Assembly (NCBI RefSeq): GCF_030144855.1
Contig: NC_082721.1
Span: forward strand, 42,966,001 to 43,030,000
Reading direction: 5' to 3'
Length of the DNA: 64,000 nucleotides
Source of the DNA: Hypanus sabinus
Lineage: Eukaryota
The notes under the pieces are model-generated. The model ran no database searches. It was given only the letters and a program-made list of their open reading frames with translations, and was not told the origin of the DNA. The position numbers were made by a program, and so were the translations under genes. This document shows, piece after piece, positions 62,740 through 64,000 of this stretch; positions within the stretch are counted from its first letter, which is position 1; every line of letters starts with the position of its first letter.

Positions 62740-64000
62740 AAAGATACAGTCTTTTGGGTGTCACTGTTTTTTTTTCAGGATAGTGCCTCTGGACCTATGG
62801 GTGGCATCTGCTTCGGCAGGTGTCTTGTCAATAATAACAGTCTTGTTGTGCCTCTGGACCAGTGGAGTGACATCAGGTTTTGTAGGTGTTGTTTCAAAGT
62901 CAACATTCTCGGTTTCCGGTGTCACATTTCCCTTGGTGACATGATCATCACTGAGAGGCAAGTCCAGTGGTTGTAATGCGTCCATCTTGTTGGATACAAT
63001 TGAATCCAATGCACTCTTTGGTTGAACATACAGTATCTGGCCCACACGATATCTTCATGTCTGATCGCCAATATGCACTTTGTACATCAGCGGTCCAGTT
63101 CTTGTAGCTATCCCATCACTGCTCCATTTGTCTTCTCAGTAATCACGTGCTAGGACTTCCTGTCGAAACTCAAGGCTCCTTGCCAATTCAACTGGCAACT
63201 GTTTGAACTGGTTATTCTGCACTTCTGTCTGTAAATCTAGATTCAGGAAGTCTGTGCAAGATCTCAGACTCCTGCTCATGAACAGTATTGTAAGTGTTTG
63301 ATTTGTTGTCACATGACCAGAGTCCTGATACACAATAAAGAAATTGTCTGCCTCATGCTGTAGAGAAGTGTCCTCCTTGACCATCGCTTTAATGGACTTC
63401 TTGATGGTTTGGATAACGCTTTCAGCTAACTCATTCATTAATGGGTGGTCAGGAGCTGACTTCAAATGTTTGATGCTGTTTTTTCTTCCTGAATTGTCTA
63501 AACTCTTCTGAAATGTATTGTGGTCTGTTGTCACTTGCAATTTGTTCTGGTAAGCCATTTATGGTGAAGCTAGTCCTCAGAGTGGAAACAGCCTTTTCTG
63601 AGGTGCTTGACTTCATTGGTAATACTTCAGTCTAATTCGTATGAGCATCAACAGCGATCAGAAACATGAAATCCATGAATGGCCCAGAAATGTCAATATG
63701 CACTCTTTCCGGTGGTGATGTCGGCCAATCCCATGGATGTACAGTGCCTGTGGCAGCACATTTTGAACTTTTTGGGATCCTGAATGGCTTTTGGCCAAGT
63801 CCTCAATTTGTTTATCTATTCCCAGCCACCATTTGTATTTCCGGGCAAGACTCTTCATCTTGACTGCATCTAGGTGTCCTTCATGCAGATTCTCTAACAC
63901 TCTGCTGCGCAGTTTAGAGGCAACTACTATATGTTCTTTGACATATCAATAGTTGGTCTGGTCTCATTGAGAACTTTGGGAATGTCAAATTATCATGAGC
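62740..64000 (-). mobile_element. Degenerate Ty3/Gypsy integrase region (continues beyond window end)
   Basis: LHEGHLDAVKMKSLARKYKWWLGIDKQIE (zinc-binding region) and SAPDHPLMNELAESVIQTIK (integrase core). Confidence 0.85.

Noticed and set aside
1-64000. Gypsy gag at the window start and Gypsy integrase at the window end as one giant interrupted element
   Set aside because: Both are on the minus strand, so the gag's own pol would lie below coordinate 1. The order is incompatible with a single element.
1-64000. tRNA, rRNA or CRISPR arrays
   Set aside because: None recognised. The sequence is eukaryotic, and the tandem repeats are simple microsatellites or two-unit duplications.

Overview
Repeat-dense vertebrate genomic DNA, most likely from a cartilaginous fish (shark or ray). 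This is inferred from the clustered Ig light-chain organisation and the CR1/Penelope/L1-Tx1/Rex repeat landscape. The only recognisable host genes are two head-to-tail immunoglobulin light-chain clusters on the minus strand, probably sigma isotype, and both are pseudogenes. Cluster 1 (26645-36394) is unrearranged: leader, V with a near-consensus 12-RSS, a degenerate J with a 23-RSS, and C. A full-length 5.8-kb L1/Tx1 LINE with a 17-bp TSD sits between its two RSSs. Cluster 2 (38652-40557) has V and J already fused in frame at the junction, with no RSS left and the introns retained, which looks like a germline-joined VJ. A 1.6-kb TIR-bounded DNA transposon carrying a CXC-domain remnant fills almost the whole gap between the clusters. 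The rest of the window is nested mobile DNA: CR1s, a second L1 interrupted by a sushi-like Gypsy and a CR1, a solo LTR, a near-complete Penelope element, and Rex/RTE/hAT/Gypsy remnants. There is one assembly gap (31219-31354). All alignments, translations outside the ORF track and family assignments were done by eye; no database searches were run.
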